Positions 49,723-58,079 of a stretch of 64,000 bases of DNA are shown here, in pieces. This DNA comes from Bacteroidaceae bacterium. Lineage in GTDB: Bacteria > Bacteroidota > Bacteroidia > Bacteroidales > Bacteroidaceae. The position numbers and the translations under genes were made by a program. Every line of letters starts with the position of its first letter. Position 1 is the first letter of the stretch. The notes beneath the pieces are model-generated. The model made no database searches, was not told the origin of the DNA, and saw only the letters and a program-made list of their open reading frames with translations. The stretch spans positions 98,472-162,471 of the forward strand of contig JAFYOS010000027.1 of the NCBI GenBank assembly GCA_017560125.1. Reading direction: 5' to 3'.

Positions 49723-51642
49723 ATGTCTTTTAGAAATAGCATCATATATGCAATGTTGCTGCTCGTTGCGGCATGTGCGAGTATGGGAACACCCGATGGC
49801 GGCCCCTACGACGAGGCGCCTCCTGTCTTTCTCGCGTCGCAGCCCTCGGCCAACGCAACCAATGCCTCCAACAACGAAATCGTGCTGGAGTTCGATGAAT
49901 TTATAAAATTGCAGAATGCGTACGAGAAGATTGTGGTTTCTCCTCCGCAGATTCAGCAGCCCGAGATAAAGGCTGTAGGTCGTCGCATCACCGTAGAGCT
50001 CTTCGATACACTGAAGCCCTCTACCACATATACCATCGATTTCAACGACGCGGTGGTCGATAACAACGAGAACAACCCCTTGGAGGCCTTTTCGTTCGTC
50101 TTTTCAACCGGCGATGTGGTCGATACCCTCGGCGTGTCGGGTACAGTGCTCGATGCATCGAACCTTGAACCCATTAAGGGCATCCTTGTGGGCATCCACA
50201 GCAATTTGGCCGATACGGCATTCACCCGCACACCGTTTGAACGCATTTCGCGCACCGATAGCCGCGGACGCTTCTACATGCGCGGCGTAGCCCCCGGCAA
50301 GTATCGCATGTATGCTCTTGCCGACGCCAATGGCAACTATATGTTCGACCAAAAGAGCGAGAAGATTGCCTTCCTCGATTCGCTGATTGTTCCCTATGCC
50401 ACACCGGCATGGCGCAGCGATACCTTGTGGCACGATTCGCTCACTATCGACACCGTCAAGCGCGTGAGATACACCCGTTTGTGCCCCGATAATGTGGTTC
50501 TGAGAGCCTTCAACGAACCCATGAAGCAGCAGTATTTGGTGAAAAATCCTCGCGAGAAACACAATAGCTTCAAGCTCTATTTTTCCGAGGCGGCCAAGGC
50601 TGAGCCCGTTGTTCGTGGCCTCAATTTCGATGCCACCGATGCCTTCATCGTCGAGAGCAACCCCACCAACGACACCATTCTCTATTGGATGAAAGATACA
50701 GCCATCTACCATCGCGATACGCTTACGGTAGAGGTTACATATCTCGCTCCCGACTCGTTGGGTACATACAATCCGCGTAGCGACACGCTGAACCTGGTGC
50801 CCCGCAGGAGCCGCGAACGCGTCCTTGCCGATGAGAAGAGAGCCTTCGAAGAGCAAGAGAAGGAATTCCTTAAAGAGGCACGCAAAATGAAGGGTTACGA
50901 CAAGAACAACCCTCCCAAATATGTGCAACCCACGCCCGTGCTTAAAATAAAAACCGGTGCCGGTTCGGGCCTGGATGTAAACAGGGACTTCGTGCTCAGC
51001 TTCGAGGAGCCGCTAAGCAGCATCGATACCGCGGCCATCCGCCTCTTTATCATGGTCGATTCAGTGCCGAAGGCTATCCCCTATGTGTTCCGCCAGTCGG
51101 AAAAGAATATCCGCGACTACATGCTGTATGCCGAGTGGCGTCCCGGCGAGGAGTACCGAGTGGAAATAGATTCGGCAGCCTTTAAGGGAATATATGGCGC
51201 AGTGTCGCTCCGCTTTGAACAGAAGCTCGAATACAAATCGCTCGACGAGTATGCCGTATTGCACTTGAACATCCCCGGAACGGGCAACAAGGCGGTGGTA
51301 GAGCTGCTGAACCGCGAGGACAAGGCCGTCGCCAGCCAGCGCACCGAGAATAACAGATGTTCGTTCTATTTTGTGCGTCCCGAAAAGTACTACATGCGCC
51401 TGTTCATCGACGAGAACGGCAATGGCAAGTGGGATGCCGGCAGTTACACCGACAAGGTGCAGCCCGAAAAGGTGTTCTACTATCCGCGAATGATAGAATT
51501 GCGTGCCATGTTCGAGTACGACCAGGACGATTGGGATATCAACCTTGCGCTCGAGGAGCAAAAGCCCGCGGCTATCACCAAGCAAAGACCCGACAGGGAA
51601 AGGGTGAGACGCAACAGAAATGCCGAACGTAAATTTAAATGA
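49723..51642 (+). CDS. Ig-like (SbsA/Big_5-type) domain-containing lipoprotein
   Basis: 639 aa. Lipobox LLVAAC, then MGTPDGGPYDEAPP and I.LEFDEFI.L, typical of this Bacteroidetes lipoprotein family. Basic C-terminal tail. Confidence 0.7.
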   Translation: MSFRNSIIYAMLLLVAACASMGTPDGGPYDEAPPVFLASQPSANATNASNNEIVLEFDEFIKLQNAYEKIVVSPPQIQQPEIKAVGRRITVELFDTLKPSTTYTIDFNDAVVDNNENNPLEAFSFVFSTGDVVDTLGVSGTVLDASNLEPIKGILVGIHSNLADTAFTRTPFERISRTDSRGRFYMRGVAPGKYRMYALADANGNYMFDQKSEKIAFLDSLIVPYATPAWRSDTLWHDSLTIDTVKRVRYTRLCPDNVVLRAFNEPMKQQYLVKNPREKHNSFKLYFSEAAKAEPVVRGLNFDATDAFIVESNPTNDTILYWMKDTAIYHRDTLTVEVTYLAPDSLGTYNPRSDTLNLVPRRSRERVLADEKRAFEEQEKEFLKEARKMKGYDKNNPPKYVQPTPVLKIKTGAGSGLDVNRDFVLSFEEPLSSIDTAAIRLFIMVDSVPKAIPYVFRQSEKNIRDYMLYAEWRPGEEYRVEIDSAAFKGIYGAVSLRFEQKLEYKSLDEYAVLHLNIPGTGNKAVVELLNREDKAVASQRTENNRCSFYFVRPEKYYMRLFIDENGNGKWDAGSYTDKVQPEKVFYYPRMIELRAMFEYDQDDWDINLALEEQKPAAITKQRPDRERVRRNRNAERKFK

Positions 51643-52478
51643 CAATGAACAGAAAAAGTAATAATATATTAGCATTGCTCCTGTTGGTGGTGGCATTTGT
51701 CGTGCCCGCGGTTGCGGCGCATGCATCAACCATCAAGCATGTCCCGGCCTTCAAGGCGGGTGAGACACTGGAGTGTAACCTATATTTCAACTGGAAATTT
51801 GTGTGGGTGAAGGCGGGTAACGCCTCGCTCATCATTCGCGATACAGTGTTCGAGGGCAAAAAGGCAATGTCGATGTCGCTGCTGAGCACCACGAACCGTC
51901 GTGCCGACTCGTTTTTCAAGATGCGCGACACGCTCACCACAATCTTCGATGCCGATATGCGCCCGCTCTACTACCACAAGGCTTCGGAAGAGGGCAAGCA
52001 CTACTATCTCAATCAGGTGTGGTACGACTATAGCGACAAGGATAGCATAACCATACGCCAGAGCTTCCGTCGCAACAAAGAGGAGGTTCGTTTGCGCACC
52101 GACAAGAGCGCCACTCCGGTCTATGACATGATGAGCCTGTTGGCCTTTGCGCGTACCATCGATTTTTCGACCATGAAGCCCGGTACTCGTCTCTCCTATC
52201 CGGTGGCGACGGGCAAACGCATTGAGCCGCAGTACCTCATATACCGAGGAAAAACCACAATGGAGAACGACAAGGATGTCAAGTACGACTGCATTACAAT
52301 CTCCCTTGTGACATATGACAAGAAAGGAAAAGAGAAGGAGATAATAAATTTCCATGTTACAGACGACAGGAACAAAATGCCCGTGCTGCTCGATCTTGCA
52401 CTCAATTTCGGCTCGGCCAAGGCCAAGCTGTCGAGCTATCGCGGCATGCTCTATCCCGTAAAGCCTTCAAAGAAATAG
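51639..52478 (+). CDS. DUF3108-family protein
   Basis: 279 aa. Signal peptide present. The F.AGE.L.Y..Y..W..VW..AG.A block resembles DUF3108. 4-nt ATGA overlap with the upstream gene. Confidence 0.65.
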   Translation: MTMNRKSNNILALLLLVVAFVVPAVAAHASTIKHVPAFKAGETLECNLYFNWKFVWVKAGNASLIIRDTVFEGKKAMSMSLLSTTNRRADSFFKMRDTLTTIFDADMRPLYYHKASEEGKHYYLNQVWYDYSDKDSITIRQSFRRNKEEVRLRTDKSATPVYDMMSLLAFARTIDFSTMKPGTRLSYPVATGKRIEPQYLIYRGKTTMENDKDVKYDCITISLVTYDKKGKEKEIINFHVTDDRNKMPVLLDLALNFGSAKAKLSSYRGMLYPVKPSKK

Positions 52479-52517
52479 ATAACATAGTAATAAATACAAG
52501 ATAAAGAATACCATCCT

Positions 52518-53993
52518 ATGGAAAACAAATTCATGATATACAATACGCTTACGCGTAAGAAAGAGGAGTTTGTTCCTTTGCATGCTCCCAATGTAGGTCT
52601 TTATGTGTGCGGCCCCACAGTTTATGGCGATGCCCATCTCGGACATGCGCGTCCTGCAATCACATTCGACGTGCTTTTCCGTTACCTCACCAACCTTGGT
52701 TACAAGGTACGTTACGTGCGTAACATCACCGATGTAGGTCACCTTGAGCACGATGCCGACGAGGGTGAGGACAAGATAGCAAAGAAGGCTCGCCTCGAGC
52801 AGTTGGAGCCTATGGAGGTGGTGCAGTACTATACACTGCGCTATCACAAGGCGATGGAGGCTCTGAACGTGCTTCCTCCCAGCATCGAACCCCATGCATC
52901 GGGTCACATCATTGAGCAGATAGAGCTCGTTAAAGAGATTATAGACAACGGCTTTGCCTACGTGAGCGAGGGCTCGGTATATTTCGATGTTGCGAAATAC
53001 GACAAGGCCCATCACTATGGAGTGCTTTCGGGCCGCAACCTCGACGACGTGTTGAACACCACCCGTGAGCTCGACGGCCAGAGCGAGAAGCGCAATCCCG
53101 CCGATTTTGCTCTGTGGAAGTGCGCTCAGCCCGAGCACATCATGCGTTGGCCTTCGCCCTGGAGCGACGGCTTCCCCGGCTGGCACTGCGAGTGTACAGC
53201 TATGGGCCGCAAGTACCTTGGCGAGGAGTTCGATATTCACGGCGGTGGCATGGACCTTGTGTTCCCCCACCATGAGTGCGAGATAGCTCAGGGCGTTGCC
53301 GCCATGGGACATCAGGTGGTTAAATATTGGATGCACAACAACATGATTACCATCAACGGCACCAAGATGGGTAAGTCGCTCGGCAATTTCATCACCCTGT
53401 CGGAGTTCTTCGAGGGTACACACAAATTGCTTGCACAGGCCTACTCGCCCATGACCATACGTTTCTTCATCCTTCAGGCTCACTACCGCAGCACCGTGGA
53501 TTTCAGCAACGATGCTTTGCAGGCATCCGAGAAGGGATTGCAGCGTCTGCTCGATGCTCTTACCACACTGAACGGCCTTACAGCCGGTGGCGAGACAACG
53601 GTCGATGTAGCTTCGTTGCGTAAAAAATGCTACGATGCCATGAACGACGATATGAACACCGCATTGGTGATATCGCACCTGTTCGATGCATCGCGTGCAA
53701 TAAATCAGATTGCCGACAAGAAGGCTACCATTTCGGCAGCCGACCTCGACGAGCTGAAAGCTACATTCAACCTGTTCATGTTCGATATCCTCGGCTTGCG
53801 CGAGGAGCGTGGCTCTTCGAACGGACGCGAAGAGGCTTTCGGCAAGGTGGTCGATATGCTTCTCGAGCAGCGTCTTGTGGCAAAGGCCAACAAGGATTGG
53901 GCTACAAGCGACAAGATACGCGACAATTTGGCTGCACTTGGTTTCGAGATTAAGGACACCAAGGATGGTTGCACCTGGAAACTGAATAAATAA
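52518..53993 (+). CDS. cysS: Cysteine--tRNA ligase
   Basis: 491 aa. HLGHAR (HIGH), KMGKS (KMSKS), and Zn-binding Cys residues (YVCGPT, WHCEC). Confidence 0.95.
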   Translation: MENKFMIYNTLTRKKEEFVPLHAPNVGLYVCGPTVYGDAHLGHARPAITFDVLFRYLTNLGYKVRYVRNITDVGHLEHDADEGEDKIAKKARLEQLEPMEVVQYYTLRYHKAMEALNVLPPSIEPHASGHIIEQIELVKEIIDNGFAYVSEGSVYFDVAKYDKAHHYGVLSGRNLDDVLNTTRELDGQSEKRNPADFALWKCAQPEHIMRWPSPWSDGFPGWHCECTAMGRKYLGEEFDIHGGGMDLVFPHHECEIAQGVAAMGHQVVKYWMHNNMITINGTKMGKSLGNFITLSEFFEGTHKLLAQAYSPMTIRFFILQAHYRSTVDFSNDALQASEKGLQRLLDALTTLNGLTAGGETTVDVASLRKKCYDAMNDDMNTALVISHLFDASRAINQIADKKATISAADLDELKATFNLFMFDILGLREERGSSNGREEAFGKVVDMLLEQRLVAKANKDWATSDKIRDNLAALGFEIKDTKDGCTWKLNK

Positions 53994-55000
53994 TGAGAGC
54001 ACTCTTTTTGTCGCTTACAGGTATAGTGGCGTTTCTGCTGCTATCGTGCTCCGGTGGCACGACCAAGGGAACCGAGCAGTCGGCATCGAGTGTGCCGGCT
54101 ACGGTTGTCGTTCCCGCCTTCAACGCCGACAGCGCCTATGCGTTTGTGGCGGCGCAGGTGGCGTTTGGTCCCCGTGTGCCCAACAGCGACGAACATCGTG
54201 CCTGTGGCGAATATCTTGCCTCGAAGCTGAAGAGCTATGGGGCCGAGGTAATCGACCAGAATGTGGAACTTGTGGCATACAACGGCGACAGGCTGCAGGC
54301 GCGCAACATAATAGCGCAGTTCCAGCCCGAAAAGAAAAAGCGTCTTATGCTGTGTGCCCATTGGGATAGCCGTCCCTGGGCCGATTCAGACCCCGATGCA
54401 TCGAAGCATCGCACTCCCATTCTTGGTGCCAACGACGGCGCAAGCGGTGTGGGTGTCCTGCTGGAGGTGGCTCGCGCTCTTGCCGAGGTGCCTACAGAGA
54501 TGGGTATAGATATCATCCTCTTCGATGCCGAGGACTATGGCACGCATAATGCCGATGACGACCCCATGCGACAGACCATGGATCAGTCGTGGGCGTTGGG
54601 CTCGCAATATTGGTCGCGTCGCCCCCACAAGAACGACTACAATGCCCGCTACGGCATATTGCTCGATCTTGTAGGCGCTCCCGGTTCCACATACTATCAG
54701 GAGGGTATCTCCATGGCATATGCCGAGTCGCTTGTTGCGAAGATATGGGACATGGCGCACAAGATAGGTCATGCGAAATATTTTGTGAAGGCCAAGGGAG
54801 GTTACATCACCGACGACCACTATTTTGTAAACGAATTCATGGGCTTGCCCTGTGTAGATATTATAAACTACGACGCCTCGAGCGAGAGCGGCTTCGGTGC
54901 ATATCACCACACAGTGAAGGATGATATGGACTGGATAGATCGCGAATCGCTTCGCGCGGTTGGCGAGACGGTACTCGCCGTAATATATAACGAGAAATAA
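53993..55000 (+). CDS. Glutaminyl-peptide cyclotransferase (M28-fold, type II QC) lipoprotein
   Basis: 335 aa. Lipobox LLLSCSG. M28/QC metal-binding blocks (CAHWDSRPWAD, GANDGASG, FDAEDYG, HH). Its start shares the A of the cysS stop (TAATG). Confidence 0.8.
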   Translation: MRALFLSLTGIVAFLLLSCSGGTTKGTEQSASSVPATVVVPAFNADSAYAFVAAQVAFGPRVPNSDEHRACGEYLASKLKSYGAEVIDQNVELVAYNGDRLQARNIIAQFQPEKKKRLMLCAHWDSRPWADSDPDASKHRTPILGANDGASGVGVLLEVARALAEVPTEMGIDIILFDAEDYGTHNADDDPMRQTMDQSWALGSQYWSRRPHKNDYNARYGILLDLVGAPGSTYYQEGISMAYAESLVAKIWDMAHKIGHAKYFVKAKGGYITDDHYFVNEFMGLPCVDIINYDASSESGFGAYHHTVKDDMDWIDRESLRAVGETVLAVIYNEK

Positions 55001-55431
55001 TGAGTACTATAAAAGATAAGCAGGAAGAGATAATAGAGGAATTCAATGCGTTCGACGATTGGATGGATCGCTATCAGCTGCTGATTGACCTCGGTAGCGA
55101 GCAGCCGCCGTTGGATGAGCAGTACAAGACCGATAACAACCTGATAGAGGGCTGCCAGAGCCGTGTGTGGTTGCAGGCCGACCTTATGCCCGATGGTACA
55201 GTGCGTTTCCTGGCCGAGAGCGATGCCCTCATAGTGAAAGGAATAGTGTCGTTGCTTGTGAAGGTCTATTCGGGACATACCCCCGACGAGATACTCGAGA
55301 ACGAGCCCTATTTTGTCGAGGCGGTGGGGCTTAAAGAGCATTTGTCGCCCACGCGCAGCAACGGTCTTGTTGCCATGATCAAGCAGATGCGCATGTATGC
55401 GCTGGCCTTCAAGACAGCTTCTGGTAGATAA
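55000..55431 (+). CDS. sufE: SufE-family cysteine desulfuration protein
   Basis: 143 aa. The conserved IEGCQS.VWL block carries the acceptor Cys. TAATG overlap with the upstream stop. Confidence 0.85.
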   Translation: MSTIKDKQEEIIEEFNAFDDWMDRYQLLIDLGSEQPPLDEQYKTDNNLIEGCQSRVWLQADLMPDGTVRFLAESDALIVKGIVSLLVKVYSGHTPDEILENEPYFVEAVGLKEHLSPTRSNGLVAMIKQMRMYALAFKTASGR

Positions 55432-55449
55432 TAGACAGATGAATAGATA

Positions 55450-56352
55450 TTAAACGACGGTGTATGATAATTCGACGCCGTCGTTTTTTATTTTTATGGT
55501 TGCTGTGGCGCCCACGGGCATAGGGTAGTTCCCGTTGCCGTGCCCAACGGGGAAATCGAGGCTCACTGGGTAGCCATACTCCTCGGTCATGTGGCGGATA
55601 ATCTCGTGTATCGTGCCACCCAAAGCGAGGTTCTCCTTGCAATCGGCCAAGCAACCCACAATCAGGGCTTTCAGCGAGCCCAACGCGCCCGACAATTTCA
55701 GGGTATATAGCATGCGCTCTATTTTGTAGGCCGGTTCGTTGATCTCCTCTATAAATAATATGCTGCCGGGCTTTACCATGTCGTAGGGTGTGCCGGCAAG
55801 GGCTGTTATTAACGACAGGTTGCCGCCTGTAACCACGCCTGTAGCCTCGCCCGTGCGGTTGAGGCAGTTGGGTGCTGTTTGGTAATGTGGCATTCGGCCA
55901 AAAAGAATTTCTTTGAGATGTTCGCTGCTTGCGCTTTTGCCATTTTCACTCAAATGGCGGCACTGCGGCGAGTGCAGCGATATCACCCCTTGCGACAGGG
56001 TGGCTGCGAGTAGTGCGGTGCAGTCGCTCATGCCTATAATCCATTTGGGATGGTTGGCGATGTCGCTGCAGAAGTGTGGCAGCAGATGCATGCATCCGTA
56101 GCCGCCGTAGCTGCATAGAATAGCCTTTATGCTGTCGTCGCGCAGCATGGCACGAAGGTCGGCAGTGCGTTGCTCGATGGTGCCGGCATAGTAGCCGTCA
56201 CGCGCAAGGGCATGGGGCGCAACAACCGCCCTTAACCCCCACGATGACAGTGTGGCGACAGCCCCGGTGACAATCTCCGGCTCCTTCACTGCGCCGGCCG
56301 GTGATACGATGGCTACGCAGTCGCCCGGTTGCAGTGGCTGTGGCCTAATCAT
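55450..56352 (-). CDS. LD-carboxypeptidase (peptidase S66, LdcA-like)
   Basis: 300 aa. L.PGD.VAIVSPAG N-terminus and the nucleophile block GMSDCTAL. Confidence 0.85.
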   Translation of the reverse strand: MIRPQPLQPGDCVAIVSPAGAVKEPEIVTGAVATLSSWGLRAVVAPHALARDGYYAGTIEQRTADLRAMLRDDSIKAILCSYGGYGCMHLLPHFCSDIANHPKWIIGMSDCTALLAATLSQGVISLHSPQCRHLSENGKSASSEHLKEILFGRMPHYQTAPNCLNRTGEATGVVTGGNLSLITALAGTPYDMVKPGSILFIEEINEPAYKIERMLYTLKLSGALGSLKALIVGCLADCKENLALGGTIHEIIRHMTEEYGYPVSLDFPVGHGNGNYPMPVGATATIKIKNDGVELSYTVV

Positions 56353-57616
56353 TGCACGACGACGTTGTGTTTTCTGTGCTTACCACTTTATATAGTTTGT
56401 CGTTGGGACGCACCTTAACGGGCACCTTGAACGAAACGTATGAGCCTTTGGGGACAATATCTACGGCGCCCAAATCGACGCGTGCCTCCTCCAAGGTCAG
56501 GTATATTGCGCCGGTGGTGTGGCCTGTGATGAGCAGCTTGTCGCCTACGCGCATGTCGCCGGCCTCGATAAGGAATTCGCCCACGCCCAGCTTCGAGAAA
56601 TATTTTATTCCCTTGCCTATATATACCTTGCGCTCGGTTGCCTGCGAACCATATTTGTCGCTCCATTCGCCCAACTTCTGTCCCAAGTAGTAACCATCCC
56701 AGAAACCGCGGTTGAAAACGGTTGCAAGGCGGTTGTCCCAGTCGTCCTTCTTCTCGTCGGTGAATGTGCCCTCGAGGCATGCGTTCAAGGCCTCCTTGTA
56801 ACAGCTTACCACGGTGCTCACATATTCGGCGCTGCGTGCGCGGCCCTCTATCTTGAATACGCGTACGCCAGCCTTTATCATGCGATCCATGAAACGGATG
56901 GTTTTCAAATCCTTGGGCGACATTATGTATTTGTTGTCCACCTCGAGCTCGATGTCGCTTTCGCGGTCTTTCACAATGTAACCACGACGGCACACCTGCA
57001 TGCACTGGCCGCGGTTGGCGCTGCGTCCGAGCTGGTGCAACGACAGATAGCATTTGCCCGACACGGCCATGCACAATGCTCCGTGGCAGAACATCTCTAT
57101 GCGTATGAGCTCGCCTTTGGGGCCGCGGATGTCATCCTCCACTATCACGCGGTGAATCTCCTCCACCTGCTCCATGTTCAGCTCGCGGGCAAGCACCACC
57201 ACATCGGCAAATTTTGCATAGAAACGCAATGCCTCGCTATTGCTGATGTTCAGCTGTGTGGAAAGGTGTACCTCCATGCCTACGCTGTTGCAATATTGCA
57301 GCACGGCAATGTCGGCAGCAATGACGGCCGATATTCCCGATTCCTTTGCCGCATCGACAATCTTTCGCATGAGCACTATGTCCTCTTCGTAGATGATTGT
57401 GTTCACGGTCAGGTAGCTTTTTACGCCATGCTCGTCGCATATGCGGGCAATCTCGCGCAGGTCGCTTATGGTGAAAGCACTTGCCGAATGAGCACGCATG
57501 TTCAGATTCTCAATACCGAAATATATCGAGTCGGCGCCGGCCTGCAGGGCAGCGGTGAGGCTCTCGCGTGAGCCCACGGGCGCCATTATCTCAAAACCTT
57601 TGTAGTCGTTTTCCAT
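56345..57616 (-). CDS. Peptidase U32 family protein
   Basis: U32 signature E.FCHGALCMAVSGKCYLS. I prefer the start at MENDYKGFEIMAPVGS (57616). The ORF-track start is 57670. Confidence 0.85.
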   Translation of the reverse strand: MENDYKGFEIMAPVGSRESLTAALQAGADSIYFGIENLNMRAHSASAFTISDLREIARICDEHGVKSYLTVNTIIYEEDIVLMRKIVDAAKESGISAVIAADIAVLQYCNSVGMEVHLSTQLNISNSEALRFYAKFADVVVLARELNMEQVEEIHRVIVEDDIRGPKGELIRIEMFCHGALCMAVSGKCYLSLHQLGRSANRGQCMQVCRRGYIVKDRESDIELEVDNKYIMSPKDLKTIRFMDRMIKAGVRVFKIEGRARSAEYVSTVVSCYKEALNACLEGTFTDEKKDDWDNRLATVFNRGFWDGYYLGQKLGEWSDKYGSQATERKVYIGKGIKYFSKLGVGEFLIEAGDMRVGDKLLITGHTTGAIYLTLEEARVDLGAVDIVPKGSYVSFKVPVKVRPNDKLYKVVSTENTTSSCND

Positions 57617-57775
57617 CTTCTTGTAATTTATATGCAAACTTACAAAAAACGACGGAATAATCAACGGCAATAGGAAATAATAATCTCTTAATAGTGATAA
57701 ATGCCCGTTTGCAATGGGATGTTTTTTTGCTGATAATTATTTGTCGCTATATGGTGAACTATTACGTTTTTTTGT

Positions 57776-57783
57776 TATTTTTG
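57776..57783 (+). promoter_or_regulatory. Candidate -7 promoter box (TATTTTTG) for the riboswitch-nrdDG transcript
   Basis: Exact TAnnTTTG match immediately upstream of the riboswitch. Confidence 0.5.
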
Positions 57784-57789
57784 CATCGG

Positions 57790-57960
57790 ATTAAGGTGTT
57801 CAAAGCATTAACAATCGCCAAGAATGAAAAGGGAACTTCGGTGAAAAACCGAGACTATACCCGTAGCTGTGAGTTTCTTGATGCTCCGTGCATTCTTAAT
57901 GACCACTGCCTTTGGGTGGGAAGGTCGCGCGGGGGAAACAAGTCAGAAGACCTGCCTTTT
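57790..57960 (+). promoter_or_regulatory. Cobalamin (B12) riboswitch
   Basis: Conserved core AAGGGAA..GGTGAAAAACC....CCCGTAGCTGTGAG, CCACTGCC...GGGAAGG, and a B12 box AGTCAGAAGACCTGCC at 57941-57956. Boundaries are approximate. Confidence 0.8.
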
Positions 57961-58079
57961 TCTGTTTCAGATGCTTTCGGGAAATAGAGCATCAAAGATA
58001 AACTTTGCTGTTACAGAAAGGTTTATTCTGTCCTATTCCCCTAAGCCTCATAGGCCGTAATAATAAAAAATAAAACTAT

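Noticed and set aside
57694-58060. Small ORFs (97 and 63 aa) in the nrdD leader.
   Set aside because: They coincide with the cobalamin riboswitch and its downstream platform. The conserved nucleotides are explained by the RNA element.
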